Positions 6,142 to 15,284 of a DNA stretch of 26,759 bases are shown piece by piece. Source of the DNA: Candidatus Micrarchaeota archaeon (GTDB lineage: Archaea > Micrarchaeota > Micrarchaeia > Norongarragalinales > SBBD01); assembly GCA_043806595.1 (NCBI GenBank), contig JAZDGU010000001.1:1-26759 (forward strand), written 5' to 3'. The translations under genes were made by a program, and so were the position numbers. The notes under the pieces were generated by a model that saw only the letters and a program-made list of their open reading frames with translations, did not search any database and had not been told where the DNA came from. The number at the start of each line of letters is the position of its first letter. Position 1 is the first letter of the stretch.

Positions 6142-8805
6142 CTACTGCTGGATTTTCCCGCGCGCGAAACCCTTGTTTCCACCGCCCTTTGCGCGCTTCT
6201 TCTTCAACAGCTCGGATGCATCCTGGCCGCTCTTCTCGTTGGCAGCGCAGGCGATGTGACCTTGGCCGTTGTGCAGGCAGGCGGATATGCCCTCGTGCGC
6301 CGAGATTTCAACTGCGACCTTCTCGAGCAGGGGGGCAGGCAGGTCGATTTTTCGGTCGAGATGGTTATGGCCGGCCTTCTTCGCCTCGTCGACGAGGCGG
6401 AATGCGAGGTTCTCGGCAAGCTGCCTGTGCGCCCGATCAATTTCATTGCCCCTCTGCTTCCACTCCTCGAAGAAGCGCCTGCTGACGTTGACAATCTCCT
6501 CCGGCTGGACGGAGAATACCGCGGCGGAGTCCTGTACGAGCGACTCGTTCTTCTCGCTGTATTCGAGCGCGCGCATTCCGGCGACGTAGCGCAGCCGGAT
6601 GACCCCGTCCTGCACCTGCTCGACCGACTTAATCTTGAACGAGCCGAGGTCCTGCGTCGTATGCACGTGCGTGCCGCCGCAGCACTCGACGTCGAATTTC
6701 CTGATGTCGACTATGCGCAGCGTCTTGCTGATGGCGCCGCTGCCCTGGTAGAGCCGGAAGCCGTACTTCCGCTCGGCGAGTCCGCGGTCGAGCCAGCGCG
6801 GAGTCACTGGGATCTTCTCCAGGATCTTCTCGTTGACCATCTTCTCGATGGCTTGGATCTGCTGTCGGCTGGGACGCTCGTAGTGCGTGATGTCGATGTG
6901 CGCCTCGTCCTCGTCCTTGTTGCTGCCCGCCTGCCAGACCTGCGGCCCGAGCACTCGCATCGCGGACTGGAGGACGAGGTGGGTCGCGGTGTGGTGGCGC
7001 ATGATGGTCTTCCGACGGACGGCATTGACGCGGCCGGAGATTTTCTCCCCGACCCTCAGTTTTCCGGCGTCGTCGACGTGGTGGAGGATGACGTCGTCGA
7101 TCTTCTCGACCTTCTTCACGCGCGCGCCGGAAATCTCGCCCGTGTCGTGCCTCTGCCCGCCGCCTTCGGGGTAGAACGCCGTGGCATCAAGCACGACGGA
7201 ATTGCCGAAGATGCCCTGGACTTCGGCCCCGAATTCCATCAGGTCCACGTCCTCGTAGTACAGCGCCCGCGTCTTCGGCAGTTTCCGGAATTTCTCGTCG
7301 TCGGCGAGCGCGTGTTTCTTGCCCCTGCCGTCTTCCATGACGTGTTTTTCCGTGAGCTTGTGGTAGAAGTCCGTCGGCACCTCGACCTTGGCGCCCTGCC
7401 GCTTGGCGACGCGCTCGATGATCTCGGGCGTCAGGCCGTGCGACTCGTAGAGGAGCATCATCTTCTCGGAGGAGACGCTTCCGGCCTTGACGATTTCGCC
7501 GGCGGTCTTGCGCGCCTTTTCCGCGGTCTCGGCATACTTGCGGCTTTCGGCGTCGAGGATCTTCTTCGCAGCATCCAGGTTTTCGGACAGCTCGGGGAAC
7601 ACCGCCTTGTAGTCGCGCGCCTGCATCTCCATGATGTCGCACAGCGAGAAGTCGAAGCCGTAGTCCTCGATGAACGAGAACGCCCGGCGCGCCAGCACGC
7701 GCAGGTTGTAGCCGCCGGCCGTGTTGGAAGGCAGCGCCCCGTCGGAGAGCGCGAACAGCAGGGCGCGGGAGTGGTCCGCTATTGCGTATATGCCTTGGAG
7801 CGGCAGGATCGTCTTCTCCAGCTCTTCAAGCGAGAGCCCGAGCGCGGAGGCGATCCTCTTCTTCTCCTCGCCGATGTTTGCGACTTCCTCGATGTTGAGT
7901 TTGGATGCCAGCCTCGAATATTCGGTGAACAGCTTTTCCGGTATTTCAACCCCGGCCTTCTTCTTCATGAAACCGACTTCCTTGGGGAATAGGGAGTCGT
8001 ATACGCTCGGCGTGCCGTTGTAGAACCAGAGAAGGCGCTCGAAGCCCCAGCCGACGTCGATGACCTTCGTGTCCAGTTCCTCCTGCCTGCCGTTGCTCCA
8101 GCGGTAGTTCATGAAAACGGAATTGACTAGCTCCAAGCCTCCGGAGAAGCTCTCCATGCTCGGGCCGTAGGCGCTGAAGTCAGGCATCGCCCACAGGTCC
8201 TCGCCGTAGGATATCTCATTCTGGGGGATGCGCAATACCTCGGTAAGGAAGTCGTAGTTGTACTGTATGCACTCGTCCTTCCAGTAGCCGCCCTTCCTGC
8301 CCTTCTCGACGAACGCGTGCTGTCCTGCCATAGTGAAGCAGCTCAGATGGCGCCCCGTCACCCCGACGTTCGCGATGTCGACGAAGCGGAGGCAGATTTG
8401 GGGCACGACGAGGGGGTTGTGCGCGTATTCGAAGACGACCTTGCCCCTTTCAAGCCGCTGGAAGTCGACGATGCTCGCGATGGTGAAGTAGAGGTCGTCG
8501 CGCCAGCGGGAGATGACGGGAAAGCGGGGGATGACGTCGTGGCCGTTCTTCTTCCAGAACTTCGCGAACTTGCGCCAGAACTGGGCGTAGTCCAGTTTAC
8601 GCGCGCCCCTCCGCTTGCCGATGAAGGAGTAGTCGTTGTGCGCCGAGTCGCCGCAGTTGTCCGCGTCCGCGGAGGCAGACCAGAACGCCTTGCCGCAGGT
8701 GGCGCACTTGTGGCGGGAGAAGCCCTCGCGCCGGAAGAGTTCGACCTCGTAGTACGTCTTGTAGTCCTTCTCGAACTCGGCCTTGAGTGACTGTTTGGAG
8801 AGCAT
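6142..8805 (-). CDS. alaS: Alanine--tRNA ligase, archaeal type
   Basis: N-terminal CxxC Zn knuckle, RWRDDLYFTIASIVDFQ, NVGVTGRH, IDVGWGFER, editing HHTATH/ECCGGTH, C-Ala KGGG. TATA TTTATAAA at ~8828..8835, consistent with a leaderless start. Confidence 0.98.
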   Translation of the reverse strand: MLSKQSLKAEFEKDYKTYYEVELFRREGFSRHKCATCGKAFWSASADADNCGDSAHNDYSFIGKRRGARKLDYAQFWRKFAKFWKKNGHDVIPRFPVISRWRDDLYFTIASIVDFQRLERGKVVFEYAHNPLVVPQICLRFVDIANVGVTGRHLSCFTMAGQHAFVEKGRKGGYWKDECIQYNYDFLTEVLRIPQNEISYGEDLWAMPDFSAYGPSMESFSGGLELVNSVFMNYRWSNGRQEELDTKVIDVGWGFERLLWFYNGTPSVYDSLFPKEVGFMKKKAGVEIPEKLFTEYSRLASKLNIEEVANIGEEKKRIASALGLSLEELEKTILPLQGIYAIADHSRALLFALSDGALPSNTAGGYNLRVLARRAFSFIEDYGFDFSLCDIMEMQARDYKAVFPELSENLDAAKKILDAESRKYAETAEKARKTAGEIVKAGSVSSEKMMLLYESHGLTPEIIERVAKRQGAKVEVPTDFYHKLTEKHVMEDGRGKKHALADDEKFRKLPKTRALYYEDVDLMEFGAEVQGIFGNSVVLDATAFYPEGGGQRHDTGEISGARVKKVEKIDDVILHHVDDAGKLRVGEKISGRVNAVRRKTIMRHHTATHLVLQSAMRVLGPQVWQAGSNKDEDEAHIDITHYERPSRQQIQAIEKMVNEKILEKIPVTPRWLDRGLAERKYGFRLYQGSGAISKTLRIVDIRKFDVECCGGTHVHTTQDLGSFKIKSVEQVQDGVIRLRYVAGMRALEYSEKNESLVQDSAAVFSVQPEEIVNVSRRFFEEWKQRGNEIDRAHRQLAENLAFRLVDEAKKAGHNHLDRKIDLPAPLLEKVAVEISAHEGISACLHNGQGHIACAANEKSGQDASELLKKKRAKGGGNKGFARGKIQQ

Positions 8806-8850
8806 GCAATTCCTGTCATTAGCCGGGTTTATAAAAAGCTCGCATTGGTC

Positions 8851-10701
8851 TTAAGTTTGTTCCTCGGGGGAGCTCTCGCCGTGCTCTATTCTTTCCAAAG
8901 CGTCGCGGCTTGATTGCAGTCTGACGTGTTTCCGCAGCTGCCGCAATGCATGAGGAAGTGTCCGCCTTACATCGATTAGGAACTCTATTCTAGGGGGGGA
9001 ACCCCCTTCGGCAGGCCGGATCACGGCCCCCAATTTCTTCCCAAGAATGACGTCCCTTCCGTTTATTACTACTCCTCGTACTATCCAAGGACGGGAGACG
9101 TTATGGACGATAAGGTCGGCATACGACCCACGCTGGGGAACGGAAACGGGGTTATCGCGGTTATCCATGAAATGGTAAGTCCTGCTCGTTCCCGCCCTCC
9201 GGAATTCCGTGACAAACCGTTCGTACGGAATTAAGCCGGTGAGATATTGCTGCATTACCAGCTGGGCTTCCCTGTTGCCTTCGCGGAGGACGGAGGGACC
9301 GCGTTTAATCAGGGAATGAAGCTGTTGCATGCCATATTCAGCACGCGTATGCATGTCCTCCGTCCTGAACTGGACTTCGAACGTATTATTCGGGAAAAAA
9401 TACTGCTTGTGAAGCGATTGGTATCCGTTCGACTTGGGGTTGCGGATGTAGTTCCGCCCCCCAGGGTTTCCCAGCAGCCCTCTTGTCCGCATACGAGTGG
9501 TGAACGCCTGTTCTACGGAATATACCGGGCGCTTGTCTTTCCCGGGGGTTACGACTCGTAACGCCATAAGATCGAAGACTTTTTTCCTGATTCTCTTCTC
9601 AAGTTCCTTGACGATTTCGGAACGGTGCTGACCTTCGGTCCATTCCCTTTTCTTCGGGACTAAGTCCTTAATAATCTGGTCCCATTTCTTCTCCCAAAAC
9701 ACCTCGCCTTCCTCTTCCTCCCCCTTGAACAGTTTAAGGAACACGCTGAACGGGGATTTGTAACGCGTCTGTATGAGAACCGCCCTCTGCCTTTGATTCG
9801 ATTTGCGGCCGCCAGATTCCCTCTTATAACTATCGAAATGTATCGGGGTGCGTCTGCCCATCGCATCTTGGACCGCCCGCTTCAGGTTTTTCTCAGCGAA
9901 ACGTTTTAGGCCAGATGTGGCCCTTTCGCTGAGAACAGCGTTCATCGCGCTTTTAATCAGGCGGTATGTGTCGGGGTGAAGGATTTGGAAGCTCTGGTCT
10001 TCAGCAACTGAAGAAAGCGCGTACTGGTCCCGCTCGTGAGTGAACCTGGAGTAAAAGTCCAGCAGTACATTCGCGGCCCGGTTCTGAACGTTTGGGGAAT
10101 AGTGGTAATCTCCGAAGTGCTGCAGCCGGTCCAAGGCCCTCGCGCTCCTCCACGTAAGGATGCTCTTTTCCTCCTCGTCTGCGAGCAGGACTTGTTGGAT
10201 GTGGGCCACCGCCTCGTGGGAGCGGTGGGATGCAGATGCCGGAAGGTCCCTTATTCGGTTGTAATGCTCAAGCTTGGCGATAGTTCTGTACCAGAGCAAC
10301 CTCTGGGCAGGACTTTCGAGAATCTCCTTCAACGTCTCGGCGAAAGCCAAGGCCGAGCCGTACCTTTCCTGGAGGGCCTTCAACCCCCGAGACTGCGCCT
10401 TTCTGGGCTGCCTTATCACGACGAGATAATCCTTTGCCGCCTTCGTGAACAACCTGAGCCGGTCCGTTGGAAGCTTGTAGAAAACCGAGGCCAGAACCGA
10501 CGCCTTTCCCCAGGCCCTGTCACCCTTTATTCCGATTTCGTCGGTTCGGGCCAGCCTTTGCATAATGCCGGCCGTGCGGATGTTGTGCATCCACGTGTCA
10601 TGGGAATAATCTTCAATCCCGTGGCGATAGAAACTCTCCGCCAGCATCCAAAACGGCTTCTCTTCTCTGGACAGGTTCCGGCCGTTGACATCAAAGACCA
10701 T
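8851..10701 (-). CDS. RelA/SpoT homolog (RSH): degenerate HD domain, (p)ppGpp-synthetase-like domain and TGS-like domain
   Basis: Synthetase motifs RYKSPFSVFLK, DLMALRV, NYIRNPKSNGYQSLH, FEVQFRTEDMHTRAEYG. HD-region remnants WMHN, LASVFYKL (for AALLHDV) and ALDRLQH (for LADRLHN). Linker AEDQSFQILHPDTY (for LEDLSFRYLEPEEY). TGS-like VSVPQRGSYADL...GVVINGRDV. Own TATA (TATATATT) ~25 bp upstream. Confidence 0.88.
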   Translation of the reverse strand: MVFDVNGRNLSREEKPFWMLAESFYRHGIEDYSHDTWMHNIRTAGIMQRLARTDEIGIKGDRAWGKASVLASVFYKLPTDRLRLFTKAAKDYLVVIRQPRKAQSRGLKALQERYGSALAFAETLKEILESPAQRLLWYRTIAKLEHYNRIRDLPASASHRSHEAVAHIQQVLLADEEEKSILTWRSARALDRLQHFGDYHYSPNVQNRAANVLLDFYSRFTHERDQYALSSVAEDQSFQILHPDTYRLIKSAMNAVLSERATSGLKRFAEKNLKRAVQDAMGRRTPIHFDSYKRESGGRKSNQRQRAVLIQTRYKSPFSVFLKLFKGEEEEGEVFWEKKWDQIIKDLVPKKREWTEGQHRSEIVKELEKRIRKKVFDLMALRVVTPGKDKRPVYSVEQAFTTRMRTRGLLGNPGGRNYIRNPKSNGYQSLHKQYFFPNNTFEVQFRTEDMHTRAEYGMQQLHSLIKRGPSVLREGNREAQLVMQQYLTGLIPYERFVTEFRRAGTSRTYHFMDNRDNPVSVPQRGSYADLIVHNVSRPWIVRGVVINGRDVILGKKLGAVIRPAEGGSPPRIEFLIDVRRTLPHALRQLRKHVRLQSSRDALERIEHGESSPEEQT

Positions 10702-10749
10702 GAGCAGTTATTTGTCGGCCATGAATATATACTATGTCGTTCGCGCGGC

Positions 10750-11871
10750 TCATTTCAGGATGTAATCCATGTCGCCCCTTGCGGCGAGCAGGGAGTCGAT
10801 GCCGAGCGAGCCGCCGACGCCGACCGCGAAGTCCACGAGGGCGTTGGGCATGAGCCGGTATGCGCGGTGCACGAAATAGTGCATGCGGAGCACGCCGCCG
10901 TGCAGCCTGCGCCACCGGCGCTCGTATTCCGGCGGCCGCCCTTCGAGTAGGAATCCAGCTGCCTCGTGAGCGGCAACGCGGGCGCACTTCGAGCCGAAGA
11001 CGACGCCCCCGCCCGTGGTAGCCTTTACCTGCCCCGCGGAATCGCCGACCAGCAGGGCATATGATTCTTCGCCGGGTTTGCCGAACCGCTTCTGGGTCCG
11101 CCTGCGGTAATGCAGGGGGATGGAGTAGTAGAAGTCGGAAATTTTCTTGGCGCCGTCAATTTGTTCGGCGATGAACTTGTTCTCCAGCACGGCCTTGCGT
11201 GCGGAGTTTATGTTCACCATGTCCGTTGTCGCGACGCCGACGCGGACGCGCTCCTCGCTCACGGGAATCGTCCACGCGAAGAAATTCTTGTAACGCCTAT
11301 TGTCCAGCAGGACGTCGACCATCTCCCGGTCGTACACCTTTGCCTGTTCGAATTCGGCCTGGTAGGCGAGGACGATGTCGGATTGCTTGAATGGGGGGAA
11401 TCCAAGGGACTTGGCTGCAAGGGAACCGACGCCGTCCGCGGCGACGAGCAGTCGGGAGGAGAAATTGCCTTTGGACGTCATTGCTGTGATTTTGCCTTCG
11501 GTGTGATAGGCGTTGACGCGGTGGCCAAGGAGGATGTGCGCGCCCGCGGCCGTAGCGTAGTCCGCGCAGAGCTCGTCCAGGTCCTGCCGGCGGAGGACGA
11601 CACCCTTGACGGCCTTAGCTTTGACATGCATTTCCTTCTTGGGCGAGAGGATGCGCACCCCGCGGACCTCGTTTAAGACCAGCTTGCGGTAGGGGACGCC
11701 GGTTGCGTCGAGGCCGTCTTTGGAGAATATCGCGCCGCATTTGCCGAATTTCCCCGGCCGGTCGTCCTCCTCCAGGACCGTGACTTCCAGGCCGGATTGC
11801 GCGAGGTATGCGGCGGCGAGCGAGCCTACCGCCGAGGCACCGACAACCACTACGTTTTTATCCCCCTGCAT
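10750..11871 (-). CDS. Geranylgeranyl reductase family FAD-dependent oxidoreductase
   Basis: VVVVGASAVG dinucleotide-binding motif, KCG, LVAADGVGS, FFAWTIP, GDSAGQVKATTGGG. Confidence 0.9.
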   Translation of the reverse strand: MQGDKNVVVVGASAVGSLAAAYLAQSGLEVTVLEEDDRPGKFGKCGAIFSKDGLDATGVPYRKLVLNEVRGVRILSPKKEMHVKAKAVKGVVLRRQDLDELCADYATAAGAHILLGHRVNAYHTEGKITAMTSKGNFSSRLLVAADGVGSLAAKSLGFPPFKQSDIVLAYQAEFEQAKVYDREMVDVLLDNRRYKNFFAWTIPVSEERVRVGVATTDMVNINSARKAVLENKFIAEQIDGAKKISDFYYSIPLHYRRRTQKRFGKPGEESYALLVGDSAGQVKATTGGGVVFGSKCARVAAHEAAGFLLEGRPPEYERRWRRLHGGVLRMHYFVHRAYRLMPNALVDFAVGVGGSLGIDSLLAARGDMDYILK

Positions 11872-11904
11872 GCCAATCTATTTTCCTCAAGGGGTTAAAA
11901 ATCG

Positions 11905-12210
11905 ATGGTTGAAATACTGCAGGTCGTGCAGGGCATCGTCGGGGCGGTCCTCTTTTTCGCGACGGGATACCTTCTTTCGCTTGCGTTCTTCAAGGGAAAG
12001 GATGTCGATGCGGTCGAGACGGCGGTGTACAGCATAGCTTTCGCCATCCTCGTTCCGGCGACCGTCGTGTTCATTCTCAACTTCGGCCTCGGGCTTCCGG
12101 TGTTCACGACGCTCGGGGTTTACGGGGTCTACATCTTCTGCTGTGCGGCCAGCATAATCTACCTTAACAAGCACGGCGTAGCAATCCGCTGGCCCCTGAA
12201 AACAAAATAG
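11905..12210 (+). CDS. Small 3-TM membrane protein (DUF1616-like)
   Basis: LFFATGYLLSLAFF...DAVETAVYSIAFAI pattern; 101 aa, hydrophobic. Confidence 0.7.
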   Translation: MVEILQVVQGIVGAVLFFATGYLLSLAFFKGKDVDAVETAVYSIAFAILVPATVVFILNFGLGLPVFTTLGVYGVYIFCCAASIIYLNKHGVAIRWPLKTK

Positions 12211-13082
12211 TGGTCGCCCATATGCGCCTCGGCTCCATCCTCGTATTGTTCTCCTTTCTGAATGTGCAGCTATTAGCATTAATTGTTGGAATGGCATTCC
12301 TTAGCCTTCCTATTGCCGAGCAGCCAAGAATTACTGATAATCCAGCAGATACCATGAATAGCGTGTATTTTTTCGTTCAAATTCTTGTCGCTGCCGTATT
12401 AATGCTGATAATATTAAAATTCTACAAAGGAAAAATGTTATTCAGACTTCTCGAATTTGCACTCATATTCATAACGATGTGGACGTTTATCGCGATTCTT
12501 ACTAAAGACGACCTGCTCGGGATTTCCGCAGCGGCAATCGCATGCATAATACGGTGGAGATACCTGCAGAGCCGCAACCCGTTCATGCTTTTCGCAAGCG
12601 CGGTCATCGGCGCGCTGTTGGGGATTTCGTTGGACATAATCCCGGCGGCGGTGCTTGCCGTGCTGCTCGCGGGGTACGACTTCGTGGCTGTATTCTTCAC
12701 CAAGCACATGATCAAGCTCGCCGAAGGCCTAAGGGAGCGCGGCGCCGCGTTCAGCATTTCATTCCCCTCGCCGGAGCCGGCGCCAAGGAAAGTAAGGAAG
12801 GCCAGGCCCGGCGAGAAGACCGAGGAGGTCATCGTAAGGGTCAGGGCGGAGACCGTCGAGCTCGGCACCGGCGACCTCGTGATTCCCGCGCTCCTCGTGG
12901 TGTCGGCGCTGAAGATATCCCTCGGCAGCGCGGTCGCGGCGCTCGTCGGCGCGTTTGCGGGAATCGCAATACTGTTCTACTATATCGACAGGATGAAGGG
13001 CTACTGGCCGGCTCTTCCGCCGATCGTGGGAGGCACGCTGGTCTCCCTTGCCGCGTACACCTTCCTGCTGCGTTTCCTCTAG
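12210..13082 (+). CDS. Presenilin/signal peptide peptidase family intramembrane aspartyl protease
   Basis: Catalytic GYDFVAV and LGTGD, C-terminal PALPP; start may be ATG 12222. Confidence 0.92.
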   Translation: MVAHMRLGSILVLFSFLNVQLLALIVGMAFLSLPIAEQPRITDNPADTMNSVYFFVQILVAAVLMLIILKFYKGKMLFRLLEFALIFITMWTFIAILTKDDLLGISAAAIACIIRWRYLQSRNPFMLFASAVIGALLGISLDIIPAAVLAVLLAGYDFVAVFFTKHMIKLAEGLRERGAAFSISFPSPEPAPRKVRKARPGEKTEEVIVRVRAETVELGTGDLVIPALLVVSALKISLGSAVAALVGAFAGIAILFYYIDRMKGYWPALPPIVGGTLVSLAAYTFLLRFL

Positions 13083-13888
13083 CCCATGGCTTCCTTGTAG
13101 GCCAGCGGGAGCTCGTTGGCGAGGTCCCCGGCGTTGAAGGCATGCCGCACTTTCTGGTAGAGCAGGTCGCCGGCAAGCCCGTTAATGTAGGCAGCGGCCT
13201 TGGCGGCATCGAGGGGATCGTTCCTGCAGCACAGTGCCGCTGTCAGTCCGGCAAGAACGTCGCCTGTCCCCCCCTTCGTCATCCCGGCGTTTCCCGTGAT
13301 GTTGCGCCATATAGTCTTGCCGTCGGAGATGAAGTCGTGCTTGCCCTTGAAGAGGATGACGCAACCGTACCTCGAAGCCTGGCGCAGTATCTCCCGGGGG
13401 TCGTGGGCTACACCGAAGAGCGCGTAGAACTCGTTGGCGTGCGGGGTAATCACGCAATTGGGGCCGAGGAGCGTCCTGTCGACGACGCGTATGGCCGCCG
13501 CGTCCAGCACGAACATCTTTTTCTTGTGCCGGCGAAGGAGCCCGTTGACGAGTTCCCCGGTGAGCGAGTCGGCGGCCATCCCGTTGCCGACGAGCACGCA
13601 GTCGCTAATCCTCACCCTTGCGTCGAGCTCGCGCCTCTGCACCACGATGAATTCCTTGCTCTTCTCCCTCATCCTTCGGACAAGCGACGCGACTTCCCTT
13701 TCCGGGGAATGGAAATAGACGAGGTCGACGAAGCGCGAGGCGGCCTGCACGCAGAGAAGCGGGGCGCCGTGGTATTTCGAGGAGCCGCCGATGATGGTGA
13801 GGATGCCGTTGTGGCCCTTGTGGCTGTCTGCCAAGGGCTCGGCAAGCGATTTCACCACCGATTCCCTCACAAGCCGCGGTTCCCCCAT
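13079..13888 (-). CDS. nnrD: ADP-dependent NAD(P)H-hydrate dehydratase (YjeF C-terminal domain, stand-alone)
   Basis: SHKGHNG, GGSSKYHGAP, VLDAAA, ITPHANEF, GMTKGGTGDVLAG. Start moved to ATG 13888 to remove overlap with the upstream gene. Confidence 0.92.
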   Translation of the reverse strand: MGEPRLVRESVVKSLAEPLADSHKGHNGILTIIGGSSKYHGAPLLCVQAASRFVDLVYFHSPEREVASLVRRMREKSKEFIVVQRRELDARVRISDCVLVGNGMAADSLTGELVNGLLRRHKKKMFVLDAAAIRVVDRTLLGPNCVITPHANEFYALFGVAHDPREILRQASRYGCVILFKGKHDFISDGKTIWRNITGNAGMTKGGTGDVLAGLTAALCCRNDPLDAAKAAAYINGLAGDLLYQKVRHAFNAGDLANELPLAYKEAMG

Positions 13889-13931
13889 GAAAAAAGTATG
13901 GACCCGCCCTTGTATTAAACCGTTGCCCAAG

Positions 13932-15176
13932 TCAATCGACGAACGCGACTGGCCGGTTCTCGAGTTCGGAAAGATTTGAAGCAAGGGCTGCCTTCGCCGC
14001 CGCGGTCGCGGCCCAGGCCGCCTTTCTCGCCTCGGCAGACTGTGCAAGGCGCGCAGCGACGCCCCCCCTCTGGAGGACAAGGGCGCGCAGCTCGGCTTCC
14101 CCAGAGGACAAAGCCTCCAACACGCCGCGCGCCTCGGAAACACATCCCATTCCCGCCCGGATAGAGGGAACCGACGGGTCGAGCCCGCCGTCAAGTATGG
14201 CTCGCAGCATTTCGCGTTCCCTGCCGGCGTGCTTGGAGTCGGACGCGAGCCTGCCTTCGTCCAGCATTGCAAGGGCGCTTCCGCAGAGGGCCTTTATGCG
14301 GGGCAGGCCGGGGTCCTCGCGGAGAAGCATTGAAAGCGGGTCTCCCGAATAGGCGCGCGCGGCTGACGCTAGCGCCTTGTCCGCGGTTGCGCGCTCGAAC
14401 CTGCGGAAAAGCCGTTCCAGAGGCGCAACCTTGGAGAAGGCTTCCGATCGTGCGCGCGAAAGCGATTCCTCGGCGTCACCCGCGGCGGCCTCGGCAGCCG
14501 ACTTCTTGGAGCCTGCGCCCGCCCGGAGGCCGATTTTCCCATCCAGCGAGTGCATTTCTGCAGTCAAGGATTCGATGTCGGAAGCGACGGACTTCTCGCC
14601 GTCAATGCACTTGAGGTAGGCGTCCAAGGAATCGACCGCGTTCGACAGGGGAAGCCGCGATTTCTTCTCAGCCGCTATTGCAGCTTCCAATTCCGACAGC
14701 TGGGAGACGACTGTCCTAATCTTCCCGCCGAGGGCCTCGAATTCTTCCTTGAAGAACACCGCAAGGTACCGGTTGTCGGAAGTGGTCTTCTCTAAAAGCG
14801 TAAGGGATTGGCGGACGAGCGCGCCGAAGGAGATCGCGGTTTCCACGGTGGTCTTCTCGGGCGTTATGACCTCGGCAAACGCCGTCGAAAGCCGCTGGGA
14901 ATAGTTTTCCATCATGGACTGGGCGATCCTGCGGGCGCGCTGGTCGTCGATGGAAACGGGCTTGCTGAAGAATTCCTCGAGCTCGGAGGCAAGCCCGCCG
15001 GTTTCCGACTTCAGGTTCGAAATCAGAGGGCCTGCGCGCAACGCGAACTTCTCCTCACGGCCTTCCCGTCTTCCGGAGAGGAGGGGCGCGCAGTCGGATA
15101 TCCTGAGCTCCAGCACCGCCGGAGGCTCACGCTTCCGGTTCCTGTGCCTGCCGATCAGGGAGTCAAAAAAGCCCAC
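13932..15176 (-). CDS. Hypothetical alpha-helical/coiled-coil protein
   Basis: MGFFD-type start at GTG 15176, heptad-like Ala/Leu/Glu-rich sequence, fills the gap between known genes. Confidence 0.7.
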   Translation of the reverse strand: MGFFDSLIGRHRNRKREPPAVLELRISDCAPLLSGRREGREEKFALRAGPLISNLKSETGGLASELEEFFSKPVSIDDQRARRIAQSMMENYSQRLSTAFAEVITPEKTTVETAISFGALVRQSLTLLEKTTSDNRYLAVFFKEEFEALGGKIRTVVSQLSELEAAIAAEKKSRLPLSNAVDSLDAYLKCIDGEKSVASDIESLTAEMHSLDGKIGLRAGAGSKKSAAEAAAGDAEESLSRARSEAFSKVAPLERLFRRFERATADKALASAARAYSGDPLSMLLREDPGLPRIKALCGSALAMLDEGRLASDSKHAGREREMLRAILDGGLDPSVPSIRAGMGCVSEARGVLEALSSGEAELRALVLQRGGVAARLAQSAEARKAAWAATAAAKAALASNLSELENRPVAFVD

Positions 15177-15284
15177 GCACCACACCGCTTGCGGTTCAGT
15201 TAAACCTCTGGCTTATAATCATTTTGGTGCTAATATTGCGAACGCGGGCGCTTAAAATACGGCGCATCAGCGGGTGCCATTGTC

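Noticed and set aside
6106..7992. 628-aa plus-strand ORF
   Set aside because: Antisense shadow of alaS.
12240..12560. AT-rich patch inside the presenilin-like gene
   Set aside because: The frame is intact and encodes Ile/Phe/Leu-rich TM helices; there are no insertion boundaries.
12542..13918. 458-aa plus-strand ORF
   Set aside because: Alternative frame over the presenilin-like gene and antisense to nnrD.
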